Source: Abditibacteriaceae bacterium (GTDB lineage Bacteria; Armatimonadota; Abditibacteriia; Abditibacteriales; Abditibacteriaceae). From it: DNA of 64,000 bases. This document shows positions 1 through 10,159 of the stretch, piece by piece. The notes beneath the pieces were generated by a model. It was not told the DNA's origin and did not search any database. It saw only the letters and a program-made list of their open reading frames with translations. The stretch covers positions 2,784,001 to 2,848,000 of the forward strand of contig OZ255721.1 of assembly GCA_965277285.1 (NCBI GenBank), given 5' to 3'. Position numbers and translations under genes: made by a program. Every line of letters begins with the position of its first letter. Within the stretch, counting starts at the first letter, position 1.

Positions 1-12
1 ACATCGCGTTTT

Positions 13-1722
13 TTGTGGATTTGCGCTGCCATCGCGTTTTTGGGCTACGCCTGGCCGACGTTTATCACGAGCGGCGAACTCAGTTCCATCTTAGGCGATT
101 TATGGCCTTCGACGGCGCGCTCTCTGGCCGCGTTGTGGACGATCTTCGTCATCGGCGCCGCGATTGCCGCCGCGCGCAACGCCGAAGCGATCTTGTCGCG
201 CGCCGGTTTATTGCTCGACGGAACAGTTGAAGAAAACGCCAACTGGCAGGCGCGCGTTTGGCGGCAAACGGCGCATCGAGTACTCGATGTGTTCACCAAG
301 CCGCTGCTCGCCTACTTTCTCTTTTGCTTGATCGGCAACGTCACGCCGTGGAACGCTTCATGGCTGGCGCGTTTGGCACCGACGTTGTTCACATCATTGG
401 CGTTTGTCGTCGCGGTTTTTGGCGCCGCCGCCTTGCAAAACACGTTGCCGGTGCCGGATCGCGCGCCCTGGAAAACGGTGCGTTTTCTGTGGTTTTGGGG
501 CTTGGCTATCGAAGTCCTGGCGCGCTACATCATCGGCGTGATTCGAGGCGCGCACTTCACATTGGAACAATCGCCGCACACCGTTTATTCGCCGATTGTT
601 TCTCTGTTGGCCTTGCTGCGCGGCGATGTTTCGACAGTCGGCGGAATCGCCTGGCCGATGGTCGCCGGAGTGCAAGCCTTGGCGGGTTTGATTTGTTTCA
701 CCGTCGCCTGGACAATCGTTTTTCGGCACGCGCCGCGCGTCGAAACGCCCGTTGTGGAAGGCGAAGTTTCGTTGGGCGAACGCATCGTCAACGTTTTAAT
801 GGCGCCGTTTCGTCTGGCCGGACGCGTCTTGACCGCGATTTATGAGTTCTTCAAACACGTTTTCGATTGGATGGCGCAGAAAACTAACGCCGTCAACGAA
901 CGCGTTATCAGTCGCGGCGCGCAAATCGACAACGCGGTTTTGACCAGCGAATTGCGACGGCGCGTGCGCAAATCGAACTGGTGCCGCCAGTGGATTTTGA
1001 TTTCTCTGGTTTTCTTTGCGCTGTTCAGCTTATTTTTCCTGCTTCCCTTGTTCAGCGACTTTGCGACTCAAAGCCAGATCGTGGGTTGGTCGCAGGCGTT
1101 TGCCGGTATTCAGTGGGCCGATTACGGTTCCTGGTTGCTGTTGGTGACGGGAATTATCGCCACTTTGCTGGCGGCCTTGTGCGTCTTGAACGCGGGGCAA
1201 TCGTTCGATAGCGACCGCGCCAACGGCACGATGGTCTTTCTCTTTTTGACGCCGATGAGCGACCGCGCAATCATATGGGGCAAAAGCGTCGTCGAATTGA
1301 TTTACGCCACGATTTTGTTGACAATCGCCATTCCCTACCTGCTGCTGGGAATTTTGCTGAGTTTTATCGGTGGCGACTTGAGCATTTTTCCTTATCTTTT
1401 GGTTGGCGTGCCTTTCGTGTTGTCGATCGGCATTTTCGCCACTTATCTCAACATCTTGTTCGCGGTGCGCGCTCGCAAACCATCGGAAGGTTCAGCCAAA
1501 GCGTTGCTTGTTTTGCTGCTCTTTGAAGGCGCAATGATCGTTGCTGGTGTCGTCCTCAGCCCATTGCAAACCGTACTCAGTTTTAAGCCTCTCTTCGCTC
1601 TTGCCCTTGGCGTGATATTGCTTCATCTCGCGCTGGCGGTTTTGTGGCATCGCCTGGCGTTGCTGTCGCTGCGAAAATTGCGCTACGGCGACATCGCAAC
1701 TGGCGGCAAAATGGCGTCGTAA
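13..1722 (+). CDS. ABC-2-type transporter permease-like integral membrane protein (probably 5'-truncated by window edge)
   Basis: Many hydrophobic TM segments; C-terminal 'ELRRRVR...SFDSDRANGTMVFLFLTPMSDRAIIWGKS' matches the ABC-2 permease 'EREQGTLELLLLTPLS...IVLGK' pattern. Confidence 0.65.
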   Translation: MWICAAIAFLGYAWPTFITSGELSSILGDLWPSTARSLAALWTIFVIGAAIAAARNAEAILSRAGLLLDGTVEENANWQARVWRQTAHRVLDVFTKPLLAYFLFCLIGNVTPWNASWLARLAPTLFTSLAFVVAVFGAAALQNTLPVPDRAPWKTVRFLWFWGLAIEVLARYIIGVIRGAHFTLEQSPHTVYSPIVSLLALLRGDVSTVGGIAWPMVAGVQALAGLICFTVAWTIVFRHAPRVETPVVEGEVSLGERIVNVLMAPFRLAGRVLTAIYEFFKHVFDWMAQKTNAVNERVISRGAQIDNAVLTSELRRRVRKSNWCRQWILISLVFFALFSLFFLLPLFSDFATQSQIVGWSQAFAGIQWADYGSWLLLVTGIIATLLAALCVLNAGQSFDSDRANGTMVFLFLTPMSDRAIIWGKSVVELIYATILLTIAIPYLLLGILLSFIGGDLSIFPYLLVGVPFVLSIGIFATYLNILFAVRARKPSEGSAKALLVLLLFEGAMIVAGVVLSPLQTVLSFKPLFALALGVILLHLALAVLWHRLALLSLRKLRYGDIATGGKMAS

Positions 1723-1755
1723 AGCGCAATCGAGTACTCGATATGAACCGCACGA

Positions 1756-1847
1756 TTGTAGGGGCGAGCCGCTGGCTCGCCCACAGCGGTCGAGTTCACA
1801 CGTTGATTTCGCCAAAGTTCGGGCGAGCCAACGGCTCGCCCCTACAA
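1756..1847. repeat. GTAG-type REP doublet (REPIN-like) between convergent genes
   Basis: TTGTAGGGGCGAGCCGCTGGCTCGCCC ... GGGCGAGCCAACGGCTCGCCCCTACAA, inverted arms that each carry an internal hairpin. Confidence 0.8.
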
Positions 1848-1901
1848 ATTCTGTCAGAATGCCGAACTTGCGATGTAATTAAGTTTGAAAGGTTTCCAAA
1901 C

Positions 1902-3707
1902 CTAATCACTGGCCTGCACCGCATACTTTTCCGCGACAACGTTGCGCTTGATTTTCAAAGTCGGCGTCATTTCGCCGTTTTCGACGCTGAACGGTTCCTT
2001 CAGCAACGTGATTTTGCGCACCTTCTCGAAATCGGCCAAGTCACCGGATAAAACGTCGATTTCGCGGCGAAATAACGTTTTCACTTCGTTGGAAGCGAGC
2101 AGCGCATCGTCGCTTTCGATTTCCCAGTTTTGTTTCGCGGCATATTCGCGCACGGCTTCCATGTGCGGCACGATCAAGGCGCTGACGGCTTTTTGTTGGT
2201 CGCCCAAGAGCACGATCTGCTGCACGAAACGCGATTGCGAAAACTGCATTTCAATTGGCGCGGGCGCGACTTTTTTGCCATTCGCCAAGACCAGCAAATC
2301 TTTTTTGCGTCCCGTAATCTTCAAGATTCCATCTTGCAAACTGCCCAGATCGCCGGTGTGAAACCAACCATCGACAAACGAATCGGCGGTTTCCTGCGGC
2401 TTGTTCCAATAACCTTTGGAAATGCTGGCGCCGCGCACGCAGATTTCGCCATCGCTTTCGATTTTCACTTCAAGCGAAGAAACCGGCGGCCCGACCGTGC
2501 CCAGATGAATCTTTCCGGGACGATTGACCGCGATAACGGGCGACGTTTCTGTCAGGCCGTAGCCTTCCAAAACCGTGACGCCGACGCCTAAAAACAAAGC
2601 GCCCAAATCCGGCGACATCGGCGCGCCGCCCGAAATGAAAGCGCGCAAACGTCCACCCAGACTTTCCCGAATCAGCGAATAAACTTTGGCATCATAGACT
2701 TTGAGCTTCAACTTTTCTATCAGCGACAAATGCGGCGCGTCCGGCCAATGACCTTCGACAAAACCTTGCTTTTTCGCCAGTTCAAGCGACTTCGCATATT
2801 CGGCGCGCTTTTCTGCGGGCAAAGTTTTGGCGCGATCATAAACCTTGTCGCTCAGCGATTCATACAAGCGCGGCACGCACATCATCAGCGTCGGGCGCGC
2901 TTCTTTCAAGTTGGCGGCGACCGTTCCCAAACTTTCGCAATACGCAATGGCGGCGCCGATGCGCAACGGCAAATAGAAACCGGCGCTGCGTTCATAAATG
3001 TGCGCCAGCGGCAAAAACGACAGGAACACTTCAGATTTCATCGCGCCGTAATGTTCGCGTAAAGCGTCGCCGACAGCTTCAACGTTCGAGATGATGTTGC
3101 GATGCGACAGCATCACGCCTTTGGGCGTTCCGGTTGTGCCGCTGGTGTAAATAATCGTAGCGATGTCGTTTTCATCGGCTGCCGGCCAAGTGCTTTCAAA
3201 TTCGGTGGGATGCGCTTTCGAGTACTCGATTCCCGCGTTTTCAACCTGCGCAAAGCTCGTTTCGCCTTCGATTGCGTCCATCGTAAAAACGTGCTTCAAG
3301 TCGGGCAATTCGCTTTGAATCGCCTTGATTTTCGCCAGTTGCGCGGCGTTAGAAACCAGAACTGCATTCGCGCCGCAATCAAGCAAAATGCCTTTGACCT
3401 GAGCGGCGGGCAAAGTCGAAAAAAGCGGCACAGAAACTATGCCCAACATTTGGCACGCGAGATCGCAGAGCGCCCATTCGGGACGGTTTTCCGCCACAAT
3501 CGCCAATCGTTCGCCGCGACCCAAACCACGTTCTATCAAACCGCAGGCGACGTTGCGCACGCGTTCGCCGACTTGCGCATAAGTCGCGTATTCGTAGGAT
3601 TTGGTCGCTTTATTCTTGACGCCCAGGCATTCTTGCGCCGCGAAATCGGCGAAGGCGCGTTGCGCGAGTTCTGCCAGTGTGTGCGGCGCTTGTTTCGGAT
3701 CGAACAT
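1902..3707 (-). CDS. fadD: Long-chain fatty acid--CoA ligase (AMP-dependent synthetase)
   Basis: AMP-binding motif IIYTSGTTGTPKGV, GYGLTET, WFHTGDLG, LTPTLK-like end; start placed at ATG 3707 behind GAGG. Confidence 0.88.
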   Translation of the reverse strand: MFDPKQAPHTLAELAQRAFADFAAQECLGVKNKATKSYEYATYAQVGERVRNVACGLIERGLGRGERLAIVAENRPEWALCDLACQMLGIVSVPLFSTLPAAQVKGILLDCGANAVLVSNAAQLAKIKAIQSELPDLKHVFTMDAIEGETSFAQVENAGIEYSKAHPTEFESTWPAADENDIATIIYTSGTTGTPKGVMLSHRNIISNVEAVGDALREHYGAMKSEVFLSFLPLAHIYERSAGFYLPLRIGAAIAYCESLGTVAANLKEARPTLMMCVPRLYESLSDKVYDRAKTLPAEKRAEYAKSLELAKKQGFVEGHWPDAPHLSLIEKLKLKVYDAKVYSLIRESLGGRLRAFISGGAPMSPDLGALFLGVGVTVLEGYGLTETSPVIAVNRPGKIHLGTVGPPVSSLEVKIESDGEICVRGASISKGYWNKPQETADSFVDGWFHTGDLGSLQDGILKITGRKKDLLVLANGKKVAPAPIEMQFSQSRFVQQIVLLGDQQKAVSALIVPHMEAVREYAAKQNWEIESDDALLASNEVKTLFRREIDVLSGDLADFEKVRKITLLKEPFSVENGEMTPTLKIKRNVVAEKYAVQASD

Positions 3708-4136
3708 CGTTTTCCTCGGAGATTTGAAGTGGATTAGTGGAGCGTTGTTGCAGGCAATTATAACCTTTATTGCGTCTTTTTCGCGCGCCGCTTCACGCAC
3801 CAAGCAGCATCTCAAGCAAGGTGGCACAAGTGACGTGCGCGGCAAAGCCGTCGAAGCTGTCCGCCGCCACATTGCGACGCGCTCCCAAAGTTAATCTTAA
3901 ATTTGGGCGAGTTTTTCAATCTGCTGAGCCATTACAACAAGATATTCAAGCTTCTTGAGGAACAAACGCGGGCAAAGGATTGTTGACAAAGGCGAGGATT
4001 CGTCCTCGCTTACATTCCACAGTTTCTTGCAGCGCATCGAGTACTCAATAGTGCGCAATGAGCACAGAGAAAGTGAGTCGATGCGATTTCTCAAATACAG
4101 TAACAATTTCTTGAAAGGTTTGTAAGGAGTACTCGC

Positions 4137-4700
4137 ATGAAAATACGAAGCAAGGGAAAGGCGATTTCCATCGGGGCAATCGTCCTGGCTTTTACGGGAA
4201 CGATGGCGTCAAGCCGCGCGCAGAACACAGCAGTCTCGAACACAGCACCCGAATTAGTTGGTAAGCAGTGGTTCAACACGGGAGGCAAGCCGCTGACACT
4301 GGCCTCGCGCCAGGGCAAGGTCACCATTGTGGAGTTTTGGACGTTTGGCTGCTTCAACTGCCGCAATAACTTGCCTGCTTATGCGCGTTGGCAAAAAAAG
4401 TTCGCGGCGCAAGGCGTCCAAATTATTGGCGTCCACACGCCTGAAACCGATTCCGAGCGCGACCCCAGAAACGTCGAGAAGTTTTTACGCGACGAAAATA
4501 TCACTTATCCCATCATCACCGATGCAGCGTACCAAAACTGGAACCGCTGGCATCAGCAATATTGGCCGACGGTGTATCTTGTGGACAAAGCGGGCCGTGT
4601 GCGCTATCGCTATATCGGCGAATTGCGCAACAACGAAGCACAAGTCACGCAGTACATAGAAACGCTGCTTAAAGAACCGTCGCCTTCAACGAGAGCATAA
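4137..4700 (+). CDS. Exported redoxin/thioredoxin-like protein (DipZ C-terminal/TlpA-like)
   Basis: Signal peptide, FWTFGCFNC CxxC motif, IIGVHTPE, YWPTVYLVDK; AGGAG RBS. Confidence 0.85.
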   Translation: MKIRSKGKAISIGAIVLAFTGTMASSRAQNTAVSNTAPELVGKQWFNTGGKPLTLASRQGKVTIVEFWTFGCFNCRNNLPAYARWQKKFAAQGVQIIGVHTPETDSERDPRNVEKFLRDENITYPIITDAAYQNWNRWHQQYWPTVYLVDKAGRVRYRYIGELRNNEAQVTQYIETLLKEPSPSTRA

Positions 4701-4944
4701 GGCGAGTCGTGGTTCGTCATGCCTCTAAAGTGTGGCGCGCGCGATTGTCTCAATAAACAAAGCTCAACGCCGTGTCGCTGGCTGTACTCGAATTGAGTAC
4801 TCGTTAAATACGAAGGCTGGTGACGCTAATTTATCATTTTGAGAATGCGTAAAGAAAGTCGGAAAAGTGAGCAAATTATCAGTTTGTCATGCAGAGCGTG
4901 CTACACATTTTCCGATTTTCTCTACACGCTTTGAGCGGAGCGAT

Positions 4945-5251
4945 TCATTGAGAACGATTTGTGTTCGCTTGTTGCGCCATCTTTGCATAAAACGGCGCGA
5001 CATCATTCGGCGCAGGCAAACCGGCAACTTGTCCATCGCCCAGTTCGACCACAATCCATTCGCCGCCTTGCGTTTGCGCTACATCCATTGAAAAGAAGTT
5101 GCTGCCGATGTCGTGCGCCAGTCTCTCGAACTCTTGCAGCGGTGGCGTTTCATCCGAGTAAGCGCCGCCTTGCCAATAAGTTGACCAATAGAATAGTTCG
5201 TTTTTCCAGAACCATAAGCGAAACTCTTGCGAAATTGGTGCGCCACTCTGA
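4945..5251 (-). pseudogene. 3' remnant of an ATP-grasp (R2K-clade-like) gene, truncated by the IS
   Basis: 'SGAPISQEFRLWF...FFSMDVAQTQGGEWIVVELGDGQVAGLP' resembles the ATP-grasp C-terminus; the reading frame runs into the IS inverted repeat and has no native start. Confidence 0.6.
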
Positions 5252-6113
5252 GAGGGTGTATAGGAATCACGCAAGCCTTCGGAGCATAAGCCGGATCATG
5301 GCGAGATAAATCCAGGTTTCACTTGATTTGACATTTTGCTCATAGTCTTTTGAAAGCCTTCGACATCTTCCCAACCATGCAAAAGTTCTTTCGACAACCC
5401 AGCGACGCGGCAACGGCACGTAGCCTTTGTTTTCATATTGACGGTTCACCAGGGCATTGCGGCTTATCACTCGGAGCGCAACGCCACAGTTTTCTCGCAC
5501 CCAAGCCGCGAACTTGTGTCCCCAGTAGCCTGCATCCGCCCAAATCAACTGCAAACGTTGTGAAGGAAAGCGCCACAGGGCTTTGTCTTGCAAAAGTAAT
5601 TTGGCTCCGTCACGCTCTTGAACGTTGGCAGCATGAACACACACTTGCAACAACAAGCCGTTGGTATCCACTAGAATATGACGCTTGCGCCCTTTTATTT
5701 TCTTGGCTGCATCAAAGCCTTTTGGCCCCCTTTTTCTGTGGTTTTGACGCTCTGGCTGTCCAGAATCGCTGCGCTGGGCGCCTCATCCCGTCCATCGGCC
5801 TGGCGCACTTGAGAACGCAACGAACTGTGGATACCTTCGAGAGTGCCGTTGTCACGCCGGCGCCGGAAGTGATACCAAACCACAGTGTAAGGCGGAAAAT
5901 CGTGAGGCAAAGCACGCCACGAGCAGCCGTTGGTCAACTGATACAACAAAGCGTTGACGATCTCGCGTTGGGCGTAAAGCCTGCGCGTACCGCGCGCACG
6001 CTGTGGCTCGATCAAAGGGCGCAGCACTTGCCATTGTGCCTCGCTCAAATCACTGGGATAGCTCTGGCGTTTCATAAATGTAAGTCTAACCCTTTCCTAT
6101 ACACCCTCTCAGA
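5247..6113 (-). mobile_element. IS5-family insertion sequence (IS1031/IS427-like)
   Basis: Inverted repeats TCTGAGAGGGTGTATAGGAA (5247-5266) and TTCCTATACACCCTCTCAGA (6094-6113), of which the outer bases may be target flank, enclose the transposase ORFs. Confidence 0.92.
5267..6075 (-). CDS. IS5-family transposase, split in two ORFs (5695-6075 and 5267-5671) joined by a -1 frameshift at AAAAAGGGGG
   Basis: [59 protein letters not shown]; a -1 shift at 5726-5735 restores [25 protein letters not shown]. Confidence 0.92.
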
Positions 6114-6173
6114 ATGACAAACTCTGACTCTTTTCTTCTCTGCGACTTGGCGTCTCTGCGCTTCAATAACTTC

Positions 6174-7187
6174 ATGAGCACAATCGAACAACGCGTTTAT
6201 GCGCGCGCGGCGTTGGCCGGTAATCCGTCCGATGTATATTATGGAAAAACCCTTTCGCTGAGCCTTCAAGATTTTTCGGCGCGCGTCGTTTTAACGCCAT
6301 CGGAAAAACTTGAAATCGTGCCCAACGAAGACGATTTCACGCGTTATAAAAGCATTCACGACTTGAGCAATGATATTCGACGCAACGGTTATTACGGCGG
6401 CTTGCGATTGGTGAAAGCGGCAGTGAAGAAGTTCGCTGATTATTGCCAAGCGCATGACATCGAACTTTCCAAAGATCGTAATTTTTCGATTTGTTACGAA
6501 ACCGATATTCCGCGACAAGTCGGTTTGGCGGGAAGTTCGGCGATTATCACCGCGACGTGGCGCGCTTTGATGGCGCATTATCGAGTACTCGTTCCGCGCG
6601 AAATCTTGCCGAATTGGGTGCGCGCGACCGAACAGGAAGAGTTGGGAATTACCGGCGGCCTGCAAGATCGCGTGGCGCAAAGTTATGGCGGTCTGGTGTT
6701 CATGGATTTCAACCGAGAAACCATCGAGCGCAACGGTTTCGGCCATTATGAGCCGCTGGATGTTGCTTTATTGCCGCCGCTTTATCTGGCGTATGCGACG
6801 CGCTTTGCCGAAGAATCGGGCGTGGTTCACAACGACTTGCGCGCACGATGGGAAAGCGGCGACGAAAATGTTCGTCAGGTGATGCAGAAATTGGCGCACA
6901 TCGCACAGAACGCACGCAATTGTCTGGTCGAAGGTCGTGCGCACGAACTGGGCGCGTTGATAAATCGTAATTTTGAACTGCGCCGCGCCATTGTTCCGAT
7001 TTCGTCGTCACATCTTCAAATGGTCGAAATCGCGCAAAGCTGCGGCGCGAGCGCACATTTCGCGGGCAGCGGCGGCGCGATTATCGGCACTTTTGAAAGC
7101 GCAGAAATGTTCACGCAACTGGAAGAAAAACTGAGCGAACAGGGCTGTCGAGTACTCGAACCACGCATCGCGCCGCTTTACCAATAG
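6174..7187 (+). CDS. GHMP-family sugar kinase, glucuronokinase-like
   Basis: YARAALAGNPSDVYYG, GYYGGLRL, IPRQVGLAGSSAII (GHMP ATP loop), GLQDRVAQ, FAGSGGAI. Confidence 0.8.
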   Translation: MSTIEQRVYARAALAGNPSDVYYGKTLSLSLQDFSARVVLTPSEKLEIVPNEDDFTRYKSIHDLSNDIRRNGYYGGLRLVKAAVKKFADYCQAHDIELSKDRNFSICYETDIPRQVGLAGSSAIITATWRALMAHYRVLVPREILPNWVRATEQEELGITGGLQDRVAQSYGGLVFMDFNRETIERNGFGHYEPLDVALLPPLYLAYATRFAEESGVVHNDLRARWESGDENVRQVMQKLAHIAQNARNCLVEGRAHELGALINRNFELRRAIVPISSSHLQMVEIAQSCGASAHFAGSGGAIIGTFESAEMFTQLEEKLSEQGCRVLEPRIAPLYQ

Positions 7188-7260
7188 CCACAAAGAGCAC
7201 AAAAGACACAAAAATTAAGTAAGAAACTTTGTGTCCTTTGTGCTCTTTGTGGCTATTGGT
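7180..7260. repeat. Long inverted repeat of CACAAAG-type units between convergent genes; likely bidirectional terminator
   Basis: ACCAATAGCCACAAAGAGCACAAAAGACACAAA ... TTTGTGTCCTTTGTGCTCTTTGTGGCTATTGGT. Confidence 0.7.
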
Positions 7261-7261
7261 T

Positions 7262-8581
7262 TTAGCTTTTAACAACCGGACGCCCGATAGAATAGTAGGT
7301 GAACTTGTGGTGCTGCATCGAATCGAGTTCATACAGGTTGCGACCATCGAAGATGACGGGATTCTTCAAAAGTTCGCGCATATATTTGAAGTCGGGTTCG
7401 CGGAACTTGTTCCATTCCGTCGCAATAATCAAGGCATCGGCGCCTTCGAGCGCGTCGTAATGGCGCTTCGAGTACTCGATAGTGTCGCCGATGATGCGTT
7501 TTGTCGCAGCGCTCGCTTCGGGGTCATAAGCGCAAACAGTCGCGCCGCGTTCAGTCAGTTCCTTGATGATGGTCAGGCTGGGTGCCTCGCGCATATCGTC
7601 GGTGTTCGGCTTGAAACTCAGGCCCCACAAGGCGAAGTGTTTGCCGCTGATGTCGCCATCGAAATGCTCCAGAATGCGTGGCACGATTTTGCGCTTTTGG
7701 TCGTAATTGATCGCTTCGGTCGCTTCCAGCAAACGTTGCGGCGCCTGATGTTCGCGGCCTGTTGCGACAAGAGCTTGAACGTCTTTAGGAAAACAACTTC
7801 CGCCGTAACCAATGCCAGCGAACAAAAAGCGCTTGCCGATGCGCGAATCGAGTCCGACGCCCAGGCGCACTTTATCGACATCGGCGCCGCAGTTTTCGCA
7901 CAGGTTGGCGATGTCGTTCATAAACGAAATGCGAATCGCCAGCATCGCGTTGGCAGCATATTTTGTGACTTCCGCCGAGCGATTATCCATCACCAAAAAC
8001 GGGTTGCCGGACAACAAAAACGGGTGATAAAGATCGTGCATCAAGCGTTCGGCCCGCTCGCTATCGGTTCCGATGACGACGCGTTCCGGCTTGAGGAAAT
8101 CTTCGATAGCGACGCCTTCGCGCAGAAACTCGGGGTTGGACACGACATCGACTTCGCCTTTGGAATGAAGCGCCAGAGCCGCGCGCACTTTATCCGCGGT
8201 GCCCACGGGAACCGTGCTTTTGGTGACGACGACCTTGTAATCGCCTTCTTTGACAAGTTGTCCGATGGCTTCACTGGCTTTGAGGACGTAACTCAAATCG
8301 GCTTCGCCACCTTCGCCCTGCGGCGTGGGAAGCGCCAAGAAAATGATTTCGGCGAAAGCGATGGCTTCGGCCAAATCGGACGTAAACAGCAAGCGTTCTT
8401 CTTCGCGGTTGCGATGAAAAATGCGATCCAGCCCTGGTTCAAAAATCGTCAGTTCGCCCTTCTGTAGGCGCTCGACTTTGTTTTTATCGACATCCACGCA
8501 AATCACATCGTTGCCCGATTCGGCGAAACAAACGCCCGCCACCAGACCAACATAACCCGTTCCAATCACAGCCAACTTCAT
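7262..8581 (-). CDS. ugd: UDP-glucose 6-dehydrogenase
   Basis: GTGYVG Rossmann motif, KSTVPVGT, NPEFLREG, GYGGSCFPKD, GLSFKPNTDDMRE. Confidence 0.95.
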   Translation of the reverse strand: MKLAVIGTGYVGLVAGVCFAESGNDVICVDVDKNKVERLQKGELTIFEPGLDRIFHRNREEERLLFTSDLAEAIAFAEIIFLALPTPQGEGGEADLSYVLKASEAIGQLVKEGDYKVVVTKSTVPVGTADKVRAALALHSKGEVDVVSNPEFLREGVAIEDFLKPERVVIGTDSERAERLMHDLYHPFLLSGNPFLVMDNRSAEVTKYAANAMLAIRISFMNDIANLCENCGADVDKVRLGVGLDSRIGKRFLFAGIGYGGSCFPKDVQALVATGREHQAPQRLLEATEAINYDQKRKIVPRILEHFDGDISGKHFALWGLSFKPNTDDMREAPSLTIIKELTERGATVCAYDPEASAATKRIIGDTIEYSKRHYDALEGADALIIATEWNKFREPDFKYMRELLKNPVIFDGRNLYELDSMQHHKFTYYSIGRPVVKS

Positions 8582-8886
8582 CGTGTGTCTCCTCGAAAAA
8601 TGCGCCTAATAAAGAATTCCCACCGCGAGTAACGGAGTATTTTAGCGTGAGCGTAACTTTTTATATTAAGGGCAAACCCTCCGCATGGGAGAATTGCGCC
8701 TCGCGCTGGGAACGCTTTGTGTAGCTCGGGACGCAGCAATCTACAAAAGTATTTACTCCGCGCAGAATGAATATGTCTCACTGGATGCGGCGAAAGTCGC
8801 TGAAACTTAGCATGACACAATTCGCCTCTTGTGCGCAAAAGTCCGCAAAATATGTGTTCTATGATTATCGAGTACTCGATAGTCAA

Positions 8887-10035
8887 TCAGCCGCGCGTGG
8901 CCGCAACTGCAAATGTTCCCAATCGCGGCGCAGCGTTCATCAACTGAATGGCAAGTCGCGCCAGACGCGGACTGAGCAACAAAGGTTCGAGACGCGTCGC
9001 CCATTGCAAGCGCGAAGCGAATTCTCGTCGCCAAGCGCTTTCGTACAATGGCGCGACATCGCACGCTTTCAAGCCGCCGCGCAAAGCTGCTGCAACAATG
9101 GAAGCCGCCAATTCGCCGGAGCGCGCTGCCATCGCCATGCCGTCGCCCGTCAAAGGATGAATGTAGCCGCACGCATCGCCACAAAACAAAACGCCATCCG
9201 AACGTACTGGACGATTATTGCCAAATGAAACATTCGCCGTCGCCAGCCACGAGAAAAGCATCGTCGCGCCAGCCAGACGCTCGCGCAAAGCCACATTGCT
9301 TTCCATCTCCATCAGCCAATCCCAAAACTCTTCCGGCGAGCGATGGTTGACGGCTTCATAGCGCGCCAGCAAACAAACGTTCGCGCGACCATTTTCGACT
9401 TTGCTCATGCCGCAATAACCACCGGGAAACGGATACAATTCGACGGAGTTCTCCAAACCTCGAACGTTTTGAAAATGCGTTTTGAAACCGGTGTAACGCG
9501 GCGTTTGAGCTTGGTCGTTTTCTTTGGAAGTGTCGCCCAGACGCACATTGCGTCCGGGCGCCGCGATAACAAAGCGCGCGCTCAAAGTGCGATTATCGGC
9601 AACCGAAACAACGCAAACATCGCCTTGTTTTTCAACTCGCCGCACGCGCGTTGAGGCGAAAGTTCGCACGCCCGCATCATGCGCCGCTTGCCACAAAACT
9701 TCGTCGAGCGCGTAACGCGAAAGCCCCAGAGCGCCACGCGGCAAAGCGCCTTCCCAACTTTGAGTATTGGAAGATCGAGTACTCGATTGCGACTGCGAAA
9801 CGACGACGCGCGCGATTCCAATTGAAGACGGCGCACTTTGTAAAACGGCGTTTTCGACGTTCAAGCGACGAAAAGTGCGACGAATTTCCGGAGACAAAAA
9901 CTCGCCGCACACTTTGTGGCGCGGAAAAGTAACGGCTTCAAGCAATGCGACACGAGCGCCACGTTGCGCCAACGCCAGAGCCGCGCACGCGCCACCCAAA
10001 CCGGCGCCAATTACAATCACATCGAAATCGGTCAT
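8887..10035 (-). CDS. FAD-dependent oxidoreductase (geranylgeranyl reductase/flavin halogenase-like fold)
   Basis: DVIVIGAGLGG, FPRHKVCGEFLS, GDACGYIHPLTGDGMAMA. Confidence 0.85.
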   Translation of the reverse strand: MTDFDVIVIGAGLGGACAALALAQRGARVALLEAVTFPRHKVCGEFLSPEIRRTFRRLNVENAVLQSAPSSIGIARVVVSQSQSSTRSSNTQSWEGALPRGALGLSRYALDEVLWQAAHDAGVRTFASTRVRRVEKQGDVCVVSVADNRTLSARFVIAAPGRNVRLGDTSKENDQAQTPRYTGFKTHFQNVRGLENSVELYPFPGGYCGMSKVENGRANVCLLARYEAVNHRSPEEFWDWLMEMESNVALRERLAGATMLFSWLATANVSFGNNRPVRSDGVLFCGDACGYIHPLTGDGMAMAARSGELAASIVAAALRGGLKACDVAPLYESAWRREFASRLQWATRLEPLLLSPRLARLAIQLMNAAPRLGTFAVAATRG

Positions 10036-10093
10036 AGAAAAGGTTCAACCCGCGCTACACGAAAAAGCGTAAAAAGAAAAGTAGTGATGAGTT

Positions 10094-10150
10094 GTACGGG
10101 CGAGGCATGCCTCGCCCGTACGTGATGCTTCGAGTACTCGAAGCATCACG
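10094..10150. repeat. Two abutting perfect palindromes: REP-like 28-mer plus a 30-mer centred on the 12-bp motif
   Basis: GTACGGGCGAGGCATGCCTCGCCCGTAC (10094-10121) and CGTGATGCTTCGAGTACTCGAAGCATCACG (10121-10150). Confidence 0.85.
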
Positions 10151-10159
10151 CTTTGCAGT

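Noticed and set aside
3983..4016. TTGACA...TACATT as a sigma-70 promoter
   Set aside because: The 22-nt spacer is too long and contains a hairpin
7229..8467. Long antisense ORFs (e.g. 7229-8467, 21386-22375, 31835-32983, 42454-43395)
   Set aside because: Shadow frames opposite well-supported genes, typical of GC-rich codon usage
8668..8745. GGGCAAACC resembling the start of a c-di-GMP-I riboswitch
   Set aside because: The GAAA loop and GACGCAAAGC elements are missing, and it is on the opposite strand to ugd
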